A stretch of 64,000 bases of DNA from Gemmatimonadales bacterium (GTDB taxonomy: Bacteria; Gemmatimonadota; Gemmatimonadetes; Gemmatimonadales; GWC2-71-9): the NCBI GenBank assembly GCA_965249575.1, contig OZ252244.1, positions 448,001 through 512,000 of the forward strand, in the 5' to 3' direction. Positions 30,850 to 39,086 of the stretch are shown here, in pieces. The first letter of the stretch is position 1. The number at the start of each line of letters is the position of its first letter. The notes under the pieces were generated by a model, which was given only the letters and a program-made list of their open reading frames with translations, had not been told where the DNA came from and did not search any database. A program made the translations under genes and the position numbers.

Positions 30850-31869
30850 ATGGTGACGCGCGTCATCCTCGTGACCGTCGCCGTAACGCTTCTACCGGCG
30901 GCCGCGTTCGCCCAAGACGTTGTCGAGCGGGCCCAGCGCCTGGTTGAGATGTACGAGCTCGTCGAGGCTGGGCAGGAATCACGTGAGAAGCTGCCGGGCC
31001 ACCTCGAAGCAGAGCTTGGCCGACTGGCAGGCGGGCTGGACCGCTACCTTCGCGACCACGCCGATGATGTAGCCGCCCTCATTGCGGCAGCACGTGTCGC
31101 GCGGATCCAGGTCTCGTTGACGCCCCTGAGTTGGTCACCCTCTGCGGGCGAGCCGCCGCCAACGAACGAAACCGGGCATGCCCACGAGCTGTTAAGCCGT
31201 GCCTTGGCGGTCGAACCCGACAATGCCGACGCGCACTACTGGCAGGCGCGGCTGTACGGGTTGAAGAACCCCGTCATTCAGGACGGGGTCATTGCCTACC
31301 GGGCGGAAGATCTGGATCTCGCCATCACGCACGGGCGTCGCGCCGTGGAGCTCGTCCCGACGAGCAGTGGATACCGTCAGGCGCTTGCCATGTTTCTCCC
31401 TGACGACCTGCGTCACACGGAGGCGATAGACGTGATGCGGAGCGTAGACGGCGGGCAGCATCCCATCTACGTGTTGCTTACCGACATGGATCTGCTTGGA
31501 CTGCCGGACGAGGCCGTCTACCTCCAGCTCGAGAGCCAGAGCTTTGCCGAGTTTCTCAACAACCGCGGTCGATTCAAGAACTATCCGTATCTCCGCACGC
31601 GGGTCTACAGTTTCCCGGGCTCACCTGCCGAGCTCGAGGAGGCGCTCCACCGTTCCTGGCCAGATCTGGAGTTCGACAACGGAGATGCCGTGTTCCGTAC
31701 CGTCAACGGTGGGCTCGAGCCGAGCAACGAGGAGTCACGCACGACCCGAAGCGGCTACCTGTCACTGGCGATTGAGGCGAGGAGCGACGAGCAGGAGCGT
31801 TTCGAGATGCAGGGTGTGGAACGCTTTGCCACCGTCTTCATTCGGAACCACCGCGACGTGAATCGATAA
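30850..31869 (+). CDS. TPR-containing exported protein
   Basis: Signal peptide (AAFAQ), RALAVEPDNADAHYWQARLY. Confidence 0.75.
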   Translation: MVTRVILVTVAVTLLPAAAFAQDVVERAQRLVEMYELVEAGQESREKLPGHLEAELGRLAGGLDRYLRDHADDVAALIAAARVARIQVSLTPLSWSPSAGEPPPTNETGHAHELLSRALAVEPDNADAHYWQARLYGLKNPVIQDGVIAYRAEDLDLAITHGRRAVELVPTSSGYRQALAMFLPDDLRHTEAIDVMRSVDGGQHPIYVLLTDMDLLGLPDEAVYLQLESQSFAEFLNNRGRFKNYPYLRTRVYSFPGSPAELEEALHRSWPDLEFDNGDAVFRTVNGGLEPSNEESRTTRSGYLSLAIEARSDEQERFEMQGVERFATVFIRNHRDVNR

Positions 31870-32130
31870 GCGCCAGGAGCTACACATTACGGTGGATCGG
31901 ATCCTACGGAGACCCGACACCGCAGAAGTCCGGTGGAAAGTCTGGTGCCTCGGGGCCCGATTTGAGCCATCACCCTAGAAGGCGAAAGCCGCGGCGCTGG
32001 ACAGTAACGGAACTACGACGTAAGACAGCAGACGCATGACGGAAGTCCTCGGCCAACTCCCCTAAAGGGGGGTCGGAAACTGGGGTACTGCATGAGCGTG
32101 ACCCCGGTTCACTGGGTGGTGTCTACACTC

Positions 32131-33469
32131 TCACGGCTTCCCAGTATCCGGGTCGAGACTGTGGACGAATCCGGTCTTGGGCTTGCTCCCCATCTTCCAC
32201 TCGCCCCTAGTCGTCACGATCAGGCGGCCTCCAACGATGGCCAACTCGGCCACGGGGGAATCGAGCTTGGACTCCCACGCCTTCGTTCCGGTATTGAGGT
32301 CATATCGCGCGAGCCGGTTCTCCCAATTGAGGAAAGCGTGCCGGTCCGCGATCAGTTGCAGCCGAGCCTTGCCATTCGTCTTGATGCTTGACCGCGGCTC
32401 TCCGCTGGCCGCATCGAGGAGATGAAGGCGGTTGTCCGCACGGACGGCGAGCTCGCCATCCGTGATCATGATGGTGGTGTGTTGGATGCGCTTGCCCTCG
32501 GCGAAGGTCCAGAGCGTGGCGCCCGTTTCCCGGTCGAGCGCAACAACGGATCGGCGACCCCACAGACCGCGCGCGCTCGACCACAGCCTCCCACGCCTGG
32601 GACCCGGTGCTGCGCTCTACGCTCAGAACCTTGACGTCCCTGGCACCCCGGCGAAGGATCACGCTGCCATCGGCGTTGTCGGGGAGTGCATCTTGTCCCA
32701 CAAGCACTGCGAAGTAGACGAACCCGTCGGAGACGGCTGGCGCCGTCACCTGGTTTCCGGGTACCTCGACCGTCCAGAGTCGCGCGCCCGAGGCAGCATC
32801 GACCGCGTGGAGATAACTGTTCCGCGGGGTGTCTTTCCAGTGTGTGGGCCACACGGACAGGTAGATCGTCCCCCCGTCTTCGATCATGGCCGTAGGGTTC
32901 CGTCGTGCATTCTTGTGCATGCCCGCAAGGGGCTCGAACGTCCACAGCTCGTCGCCGGTCATCCGATCGAGCGCATGGACCACGTGCTCACCGGCCACGA
33001 CGACGCGGTCGTTCCACGAGAGCGGCGCAATGAACGTCCCGCCCAGGGTGAAGAGTGACCATAACTCGTCCCCCGTTATGGCGTCCAAGGCGTAGAAGTT
33101 CGGCAAGCTCTCCGGGGCCTTGTGGCGCGAACCGAGGTACACGGCCCGCCCGCCCGCGATCGGCTGACGTAGCGTGACCTTCCGAACGGCCGCGCGATTC
33201 CCCGCGACCATCATCCCGGCGAGACTCGTCTCGTTCGTGGTGACGATCGGTGAGGCCTGCGCGGAATCGCCCACCTGGAAGCGCCACAGCTCTTCCCCGG
33301 TCGCCAGGTGGATTGCCACGAGTCCTCCGTCTTGGTCGCTCGCATAAAGCAGACTATCTCGAACGGCGAACGGGACGGACTTCGGCCGAATCGGGGCCTT
33401 CCAACCCTGAGCTTGTGCGATTGCGGGGACCAGAACGGCGACCGCAACGGCGAGGATGAAGACACGCAT
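32131..33469 (-). pseudogene. PQQ/BamB-like beta-propeller paralogue, frameshifted near 32545
   Basis: Shares TNETxLAGM and the GSKPKTG..L.P.TGK C-terminus with 29425-30785; split across ORFs. Confidence 0.8.
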
Positions 33470-33700
33470 GGCGGAACCTCCTTCTCCGGCGGACTCTTGG
33501 CTGCCACCTGCATCAAGGTATTTCCCGCTTCTCGGGGCGGCTAGGGACGTCCGCATATCCGCAGTGGATGGCGAATCCACTGCGCGGGCCTAAGGTATTG
33601 GGACCGAAGAGGCTGCGAAGTGGTGTGCCTCGAGTGTGCCTTCGCCTGGCCTGTTATACTCTATCAACAGTACTGGGCTCAAAGGGGCCAGGTGGATCGA

Positions 33701-34075
33701 ATGACTCGAAAAACCGGAAACAAAACTGGTAAGCAGATCACGATGACATCACCCCGCTCGGGGGCGACCGTGCCGACGGGTGCGCATCCTAAGAACACGG
33801 GCGGCAAGAAAGGCCGCTCAGGGCGCAAGCCCGATGCGTTCCGGCGCCTGCTCAAAGCGGGGTCCCTCGCCGCCGCGCGCAAAGCAAAGGCGTACCTGGA
33901 GACCGCCGACATCGAAGATCCCCGCTACGCCTGGGCCGCCGAGTACGCCGCGAAGTTCACGCGCAGTGAAGTGCCGAAAACCACCAAACACGCCGGTACA
34001 CTCACCCTCCACGCGGTGCGCGAACTCCCGCCGGAGGCGTACCCGCCCCTGCCGCCGGGCGACGAGCCTGGGTAA
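33701..34075 (+). CDS. Phage small-terminase-like protein (G/K-rich N-terminus)
   Basis: HPKNTGGKKGRSGRKP. C-terminus VRELPPEAYPPLPPGDEPG is nearly identical to that of TerS 28267. Extended -10 TGtTATACT at 33652-33660. Confidence 0.55.
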   Translation: MTRKTGNKTGKQITMTSPRSGATVPTGAHPKNTGGKKGRSGRKPDAFRRLLKAGSLAAARKAKAYLETADIEDPRYAWAAEYAAKFTRSEVPKTTKHAGTLTLHAVRELPPEAYPPLPPGDEPG

Positions 34076-34150
34076 CGGGGTGCCGAAACACACGAAGGTG
34101 AGCGGCGGGTTGAACGTCCACGCGGTGCTCCGGTGCCGCTTCACCGGCCT

Positions 34151-34179
34151 TCGGGTCTGCCGGTATCCACCCCGAGGTC
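34151..34179 (+). repeat. 29-bp palindromic direct repeat, copy 1
   Basis: tcgggtctgccggtatccaccccgaggtc. Confidence 0.85.
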
Positions 34180-34244
34180 TACCGCAACGGTCCAACCCAA
34201 CGACTTCCTTTAGACCGAGCGCGCTCGGCACCCCCATTTGCGTG

Positions 34245-34577
34245 TCAGACGGATTCCCGGCTATCAAAAACCAGACAGATCTCGTTTATCCGCTGATCGC
34301 TGAATCTGAACAGCTGGGCCACCGTGAGTGTCGTATCCCGCTTCTCATACTCATAAAACACGGCAACGGTGTCGCCGTCGTCCGTAACGCTCAACACGCG
34401 AACGCCACACGGTTCCGGCGGGTCTTTTCGCAGCGCCTCAAGGTAGGCGGCTCTCGACTTGACTTGGAGATAGGGTCCCGCTAACTGAAGATCTTCCGCG
34501 AGTAGCAGTTCGAGTCCATCGACGTCTCCGGCAGCGAAGCGCCGCACGAACTCAACAGCCTGTTCACGATGGCTCAT
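34245..34577 (-). CDS. SnoaL/NTF2-like protein
   Basis: FVRRFAAGDVDGLELLLAEDL...DGDTVAVFYEY...FRFSDQRI. Confidence 0.8.
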   Translation of the reverse strand: MSHREQAVEFVRRFAAGDVDGLELLLAEDLQLAGPYLQVKSRAAYLEALRKDPPEPCGVRVLSVTDDGDTVAVFYEYEKRDTTLTVAQLFRFSDQRINEICLVFDSRESV

Positions 34578-34616
34578 AAGCTAATGGAAGACGGCTCATC
34601 CCCACGTTGCGCCACC

Positions 34617-34645
34617 TCGGGTCTGCCGGTCTCCACCCCGAGGTC
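34617..34645 (+). repeat. 29-bp palindromic direct repeat, copy 2
   Basis: tcgggtctgccggtctccaccccgaggtc; one mismatch to copy 1. Confidence 0.85.
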
Positions 34646-34647
34646 AG

Positions 34648-34929
34648 CTATTGCTCAGGAGGGGCGACGTCAGAGGTTCGGGCGAGAAGCCGCTCCGTGA
34701 AATCCAGGCGCTCATGGACCTCTACAAGCTCTCCCCGTACGGTCTCGAGTTCACTTCGCGTGGCGTCAAGTTCAGACCGAACTTCCGCGATCGTCGTATG
34801 TAGTTGGTCGAGATCCCCATGGCTTCGATGCAAGTCCAGACGGAGTCGGCCGCGTGCCATCATCCAGGCGAAACACACGGCGGCACCAGCCACCAGGATG
34901 AAGGGCAAGAAAGAGAACGACATATGCAT
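34648..34929 (-). CDS. Small membrane-anchored coiled-coil protein
   Basis: Transmembrane helix, then coiled coil ending EVHERLDFTERLLA. Confidence 0.7.
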   Translation of the reverse strand: MHMSFSFLPFILVAGAAVCFAWMMARGRLRLDLHRSHGDLDQLHTTIAEVRSELDATRSELETVRGELVEVHERLDFTERLLARTSDVAPPEQ

Positions 34930-35111
34930 GGGCTGGCGCCTCCCCCCGCAACCTGCGGTAAAGTTTGAGCCGCTCCAAACGTGCGGTCCGTGGCAGGAGT
35001 CCGCTAGGGGCGACGCAACGCCCCTGGCACGCCGTTAACGCGCGATCAGGCTGGCAGCAGGGCGGAGGGCCCGCGCGGGGGCACTAAGCGTGTAGAAGGG
35101 ATTTAAGCGGC

Positions 35112-35381
35112 TTAAGGTTCGTCGGGACAGAGCCCCATGTTCAACAAGATCTTTGTTGCCTTCATGACATAGAGCTGGTCAATCAGTCGGCGCCCGTGCT
35201 CTCGCAGAACGACGCGCGTCCCGCTCGGATGCTCCCAGACCCGGCGACGTCCCCGCCCCGGCGTTTCGACGAACCCTGCCCTCGTCAGCCACCGCGCGAC
35301 CCGCTTGTACTGATAGTTCCCTGGCCGCCACTTCGCGGCCTCCCGAATCTCGGCACAGTCGGCGACGGAGAGACCCGTCAC
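35112..35381 (-). CDS. HicA-like toxin-fold protein
   Basis: YKRVARWLTRAGFVETPGRGRRRVWEHPSGTRVVL resembles HicA but lacks the GSH histidine. Confidence 0.5.
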   Translation of the reverse strand: MTGLSVADCAEIREAAKWRPGNYQYKRVARWLTRAGFVETPGRGRRRVWEHPSGTRVVLREHGRRLIDQLYVMKATKILLNMGLCPDEP

Positions 35382-35620
35382 CTGAGTTCATACCTCTGCT
35401 TGAACTCGGCCACTATCTCCTCAACCAGTGCCTCACATCTCGCACTGGGTTTCTCACCTTGTATCTGTATCACGCGGACGTCCCAATTGCAGTCGCCTTG
35501 CGTTGGCGCAATCCGCTTCGGCGGTGCGAAGGATGCGTCACAGCTCGGGTCTCTGTGTATGAGTTCGGCGTTCAGCAGTCCGTGCAGCCTGGCACCGGAA
35601 ACACGTGCGCGCTTAGCCAT
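35378..35620 (-). CDS. Hypothetical protein
   Basis: ORF coupled to the HicA-like gene by a GTGA overlap. Confidence 0.45.
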   Translation of the reverse strand: MAKRARVSGARLHGLLNAELIHRDPSCDASFAPPKRIAPTQGDCNWDVRVIQIQGEKPSARCEALVEEIVAEFKQRYELR

Positions 35621-35783
35621 CCCGGTACCCGCCGATTCCACACGAACCCCTCACCGCCATCTTACGGTCGTGTTTCACTTCGGGGGCGAGGTAGACCGTC
35701 GCCATGCCGCCAGCACCGAGTTCCCGCTCAATGCGGTAGCGGTCGGCCAGTGCGGTTTTCAGGCGCTCGAGCAGATCGGCCAT
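35613..35783 (-). pseudogene. Ser/Thr kinase N-terminal fragment
   Basis: Manual translation: MADLLERLKTALADRYRIERELGAGGMATVYLAPEVKHDRKMAV, then unrelated sequence. Confidence 0.8.
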
Positions 35784-35807
35784 GCGCGATCCGGTGTACC
35801 GAGATCG

Positions 35808-36047
35808 CTAAGGTAGAACCTGGGGAGGGCGACAGCCAGAGAGCAGGCTGGTCCACGTCGGCGAGCCCTTGGCATGGAGTATCGCCACCCGCTGGTGGGG
35901 CGGGAGTGAGTCGTCAGCAAAGTAGACGTGGACCTGCTCGGCTGGGACCGGCGACCAAAGGTTGGCCTCGGGAAGAAGCATCTTTTTGACGGTGACGCAC
36001 GCAACCACAACTGCACCGCTGAGTGCGAGCGCGACCAAACGATTCAT
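35808..36047 (-). pseudogene. Truncated paralogue of lipoprotein 27589-27957
   Basis: MNRLVALALSGAVVVAC...DSLPPHQRVAILHAKG, then diverges. Confidence 0.75.
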
Positions 36048-36100
36048 TACGAGTTGTCTCCCATCGAGCGTTTCATCAATCCATACGTGGCTTATGAGCT

Positions 36101-36574
36101 TCAGCAACTAAAAAAAGGACCGTCGTTATCGATGCGCGAACACTCGACAACAAGCACGATGAGTCCGACCAGGGCCGCAGCTCCCACTACTATCCCGGTG
36201 ACCAACTTCCTCGTCTTGTCGGCGCTGACATGTCTTCCATCCACCGACACTGAGGTCACGTCGGCGAAGGCAACGGTGTACGGGGAGCCGTCCACGCGAC
36301 CGTAGATCGAGTCGTTGTGAGCCGAGGGCGGAACTACTCGATATCCCAGATCGTTCGTCGCTTCTACTTGACGCCCCGCGAAGCGTTCGTCGAAGCGCAC
36401 CACCTCACCCTCTTGCGTCGTCACGCTCACGATCCTCGCCCGAGGAAACGTCGCGCCAACCAACGGGCGCACCTCCTCGATTTTCCCAGTAGTGCACGCC
36501 GCCGTCTGGATCGTGAGCGTCACCAGCACCACAACGGACACGCAGCGTCGGACCACTGACTGGCGGTGTACCAT
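36101..36574 (-). CDS. Hypothetical lipoprotein
   Basis: TAAC lipobox and C-terminal transmembrane helix; resembles the N-terminal domain of the 24763 protein; TGATG coupling to the upstream gene. Confidence 0.7.
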   Translation of the reverse strand: MVHRQSVVRRCVSVVVLVTLTIQTAACTTGKIEEVRPLVGATFPRARIVSVTTQEGEVVRFDERFAGRQVEATNDLGYRVVPPSAHNDSIYGRVDGSPYTVAFADVTSVSVDGRHVSADKTRKLVTGIVVGAAALVGLIVLVVECSRIDNDGPFFSC

Positions 36575-37347
36575 CAGAACCTCACCGACGCGCCGAGGGC
36601 AAAGTGGCCGTCGCGTTGCGGACTGACGCTGACGCGGAAGCGGTCGAGAGTGGCTTCCTCCCAGCGATCGGTTCTGATAAGTGCGCCCGATACCAGACCA
36701 ACAAGGGCACCTGCGCCCCCAAGGAAAACGCCTCCGATAACCGCCTTTTCCTCCGCCGTGAAGTCGAAACAAACAAGACAACCCCTTGAGGGACGGTCGT
36801 CCCCCGATACCAATCCGAAGCCCGCACCGACGACCGCACCGACGGCCGCACCGATCAGAGCTCCGCGGCCTGCTTGTGAGCGGCGCCCCCGGAAGATCTC
36901 GAATCGGGTGACCAGTGCTACTGGCACTCGCCTCCCACCCACAACAAGCGTATCGCCTGTGAACCTGGTCAAGGTCCCCGCGTGCCTCTGAAGTCTCACG
37001 CTTGGGGCGGTGACTCGCACCCGTCTACCAATAGTGAACTCGTCAGTGAACTCGTTGAGCTCGGCCCTCGACACCCACCTGGAACCGTTCCATTGCTTGA
37101 CTTCTGAGATCCACACCAGGGGGATGCGCACCGGATCAGCTTGGTGCGCAGCGTTCAAGACGAGCGTGTCTGGGTCAATCGCAACGACCGTCCCCTCGAC
37201 TTCGCGGACAGTGCCCCACGCGAAAAGAGTTGGGGCGTCGAGTATTGCCTGCACCCGTGCACCGGGCACGAGGCCCGCTGCTTGGGCAGCAGTTGTCCGG
37301 GCTGGAAAAACGGAGAGCATGACGAGAACCATTATGAAGCGACGCAT
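36574..37347 (-). CDS. Hypothetical exported protein with glycine-zipper-like segments
   Basis: Signal peptide, two repeated G.RV...GT...DTLV modules, GALIGAAVGA. Confidence 0.75.
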   Translation of the reverse strand: MRRFIMVLVMLSVFPARTTAAQAAGLVPGARVQAILDAPTLFAWGTVREVEGTVVAIDPDTLVLNAAHQADPVRIPLVWISEVKQWNGSRWVSRAELNEFTDEFTIGRRVRVTAPSVRLQRHAGTLTRFTGDTLVVGGRRVPVALVTRFEIFRGRRSQAGRGALIGAAVGAVVGAGFGLVSGDDRPSRGCLVCFDFTAEEKAVIGGVFLGGAGALVGLVSGALIRTDRWEEATLDRFRVSVSPQRDGHFALGASVRF

Positions 37348-37367
37348 GGGTCAAGACCGCCTCAAGC

Positions 37368-37802
37368 GTGCGCGACGTTCCCATTTCCGAGCCGCTGGCC
37401 GAGATTCTCGGGCAACAGGCTGCCCGGCTCCCATCGAACCCAGTAGACCCTGTCTTCCCCGCTCCGCAGAACAACTACGAGTCCGCTCGCGGTGCGTGGC
37501 GGCGAGCCTGCCTCAATGCCGGGCTGCACGATCGTAGTGTTAGGCCCAAGCCCACGGCGACGCTTCACGACCTCCGCCACACATTCGGGGTCTACGCCGC
37601 ACAGGCAGGCGTCCCGATTGTGCGACTCCAGCGACTCCTCGGACACGCCACTCCACACATGACGCTTCGGTATATGAAGCACGCACCCGAGGCATACTTC
37701 CGTGAGGACGCGGCGAGCATCGCCAAGGCCCTAGTCGGCAACTGCGATGCCGAGCGGCAGGCCCGGACCGACATGGCGCGGAAGGCCCTCAAACAGGCAT
37801 AA
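37368..37802 (+). pseudogene. Tyrosine integrase C-terminal fragment
   Basis: TLHDLRHTFG...LQRLLGHATPHMTLRY (H-x-x-R, H, Y). N-terminal part missing. Confidence 0.9.
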
Positions 37803-37804
37803 AG

Positions 37805-37824
37805 TGCCTACGTTTTTGCCTTCG
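37805..37824 (+). repeat. Putative integrase arm-type site (right)
   Basis: tgcctacgtttttgccttcg. Confidence 0.7.
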
Positions 37825-37899
37825 CGTGCTCCAAGCGGCCCTCGACTGGAGGCCGAGGTGGTTGGGCAACCTCTTGTGGGTGGTTAGGTTAGTGCTCCG

Positions 37900-37983
37900 G
37901 GAGGGCTAGACCTAATTGGTAAGGCAGCGGTCTTGAAAACCGCCGGGCGCAAGCCCATCGGGGTTCGACTCCCCGGCCCTCCG
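37900..37983 (+). tRNA. tRNA-Ser(TGA)
   Basis: Acceptor stem GGAGGGC/GCCCTCC, anticodon arm GCGGT-CTTGAAA-ACCGC, long variable arm, GGTTCGACTCC; CCA not encoded. Confidence 0.93.
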
Positions 37984-38154
37984 TTCCCTACAAGCCGAAG
38001 ACCGAAATGCACTTGGCGCTTTGTCCGCTCGCCGCCACCGAACTGGCCACGCACTTGTGGTGACCATATTGGTGACGGTTTCACGGTACGAAATGGGCAG
38101 CGTGAGTGCAATGCTCAGCGCAGTACGGGAGATCCTTCAGGACAAGGGAGCCCG

Positions 38155-38628
38155 ATGGCCTACAACCGGCCGCGCAGGGACAAGCGTGAGCGAGGTGCAC
38201 CGCACCTGCTCTATGAGTGCAGGATGTTCTTTAGTAGCTGGGAGCTATCGCTTACAACTGCCGGAAAGCCGGAACTCTGGAACGCGCTACTCGAAGCCTC
38301 TTTGATCCACACGAGAAACCTGATGTTGGCCCTTCGAGAGCGTCGTCACAGGCGCTACCCTGACGTTCTCTTCCGCGACTATCTCGCAGTGCGCGATTGG
38401 TCTCGCCTGAAGTCTGAGCTTATTCCGGACGCAGAGACTGAAGTGCTCATCGAAGACATCGGACGCTTTGTTGCCCATGTGAGCTATGGTCGCACCCGGT
38501 TACGGTCCAGAGCACGCTGGGGAATGCGACACACGGGGTGGGTCGTGCCGAGGCTTCGGCTCTGGTACAACGCGCTCACGGATTCGGAGCGGTCGTGGTT
38601 TGCTCCGCTGGGAGGGCTGCTTCCGTAG
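38155..38628 (+). CDS. Hypothetical protein, possibly HEPN-like
   Basis: HLLYECRM, NALLEASLIHTRNL, IGRFVAHVSYGR; AAGGGAG RBS. Confidence 0.55.
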   Translation: MAYNRPRRDKRERGAPHLLYECRMFFSSWELSLTTAGKPELWNALLEASLIHTRNLMLALRERRHRRYPDVLFRDYLAVRDWSRLKSELIPDAETEVLIEDIGRFVAHVSYGRTRLRSRARWGMRHTGWVVPRLRLWYNALTDSERSWFAPLGGLLP

Positions 38629-38805
38629 GCCAGTACCATCGCGGAGACACGCCGACCCGCGCTTCCTAGAGGGTACTCACAAGCCCCAACCATCGCCGCC
38701 ACTCTCCCCTACGGCGATTTCCTGGCGCAGACGAGCCAGCCACTACTCACCCGAAGTGGCCATACACGTTGAGTCATATCCGGCAGTAGGAGGCAGCGAC
38801 GTGGA

Positions 38806-39012
38806 GACCAAGTGACCGAGTGGACCGAGTGTTGGAGAGGGGTAGGGGCAGGACCTTCTGAACCTGAGCGCGTTCCTCTGTCCCACCAATCAACTAACCA
38901 TCTCTTACTTACTTGGTCACTTGGTCATAGGTGTAGATAGGTCTTTATAGAGCGGTGACTTAGCGCTGACCGAGTTGGCTTCCGGCACTCGGGTCGTGTT
39001 GGTCATTCGGTC
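38806..39012. repeat. Iteron-like GACC(A/G)AG array, copy A
   Basis: 3 forward, 2 reverse, 1 forward, then about 3 reverse units. Confidence 0.75.
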
Positions 39013-39086
39013 GGAGGATATGTAGTGGTTCAGCCTGAAGCGGAGTCGCCCGTAGGTTACATAAGGACGCTCCCAGCGAATGTTTC

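Larger units (their letters stand above)
24239..37937. mobile_element. Genomic island 1 (about 13.7 kb), decayed, integrated at tRNA-Ser(TGA)
   Basis: 41-bp terminal direct repeats, integrase remnant beside the right repeat, small-terminase-like genes, many gene fragments. Confidence 0.85.

Noticed and set aside
34151..34645. CRISPR array
   Set aside because: Only two repeats, 466 bp apart with a gene between them, and no cas genes.
37900..37983. tRNA-Sec (selC), given selA in the window
   Set aside because: The anticodon is TGA (Ser), not TCA, and the acceptor stem is a standard 7 bp.
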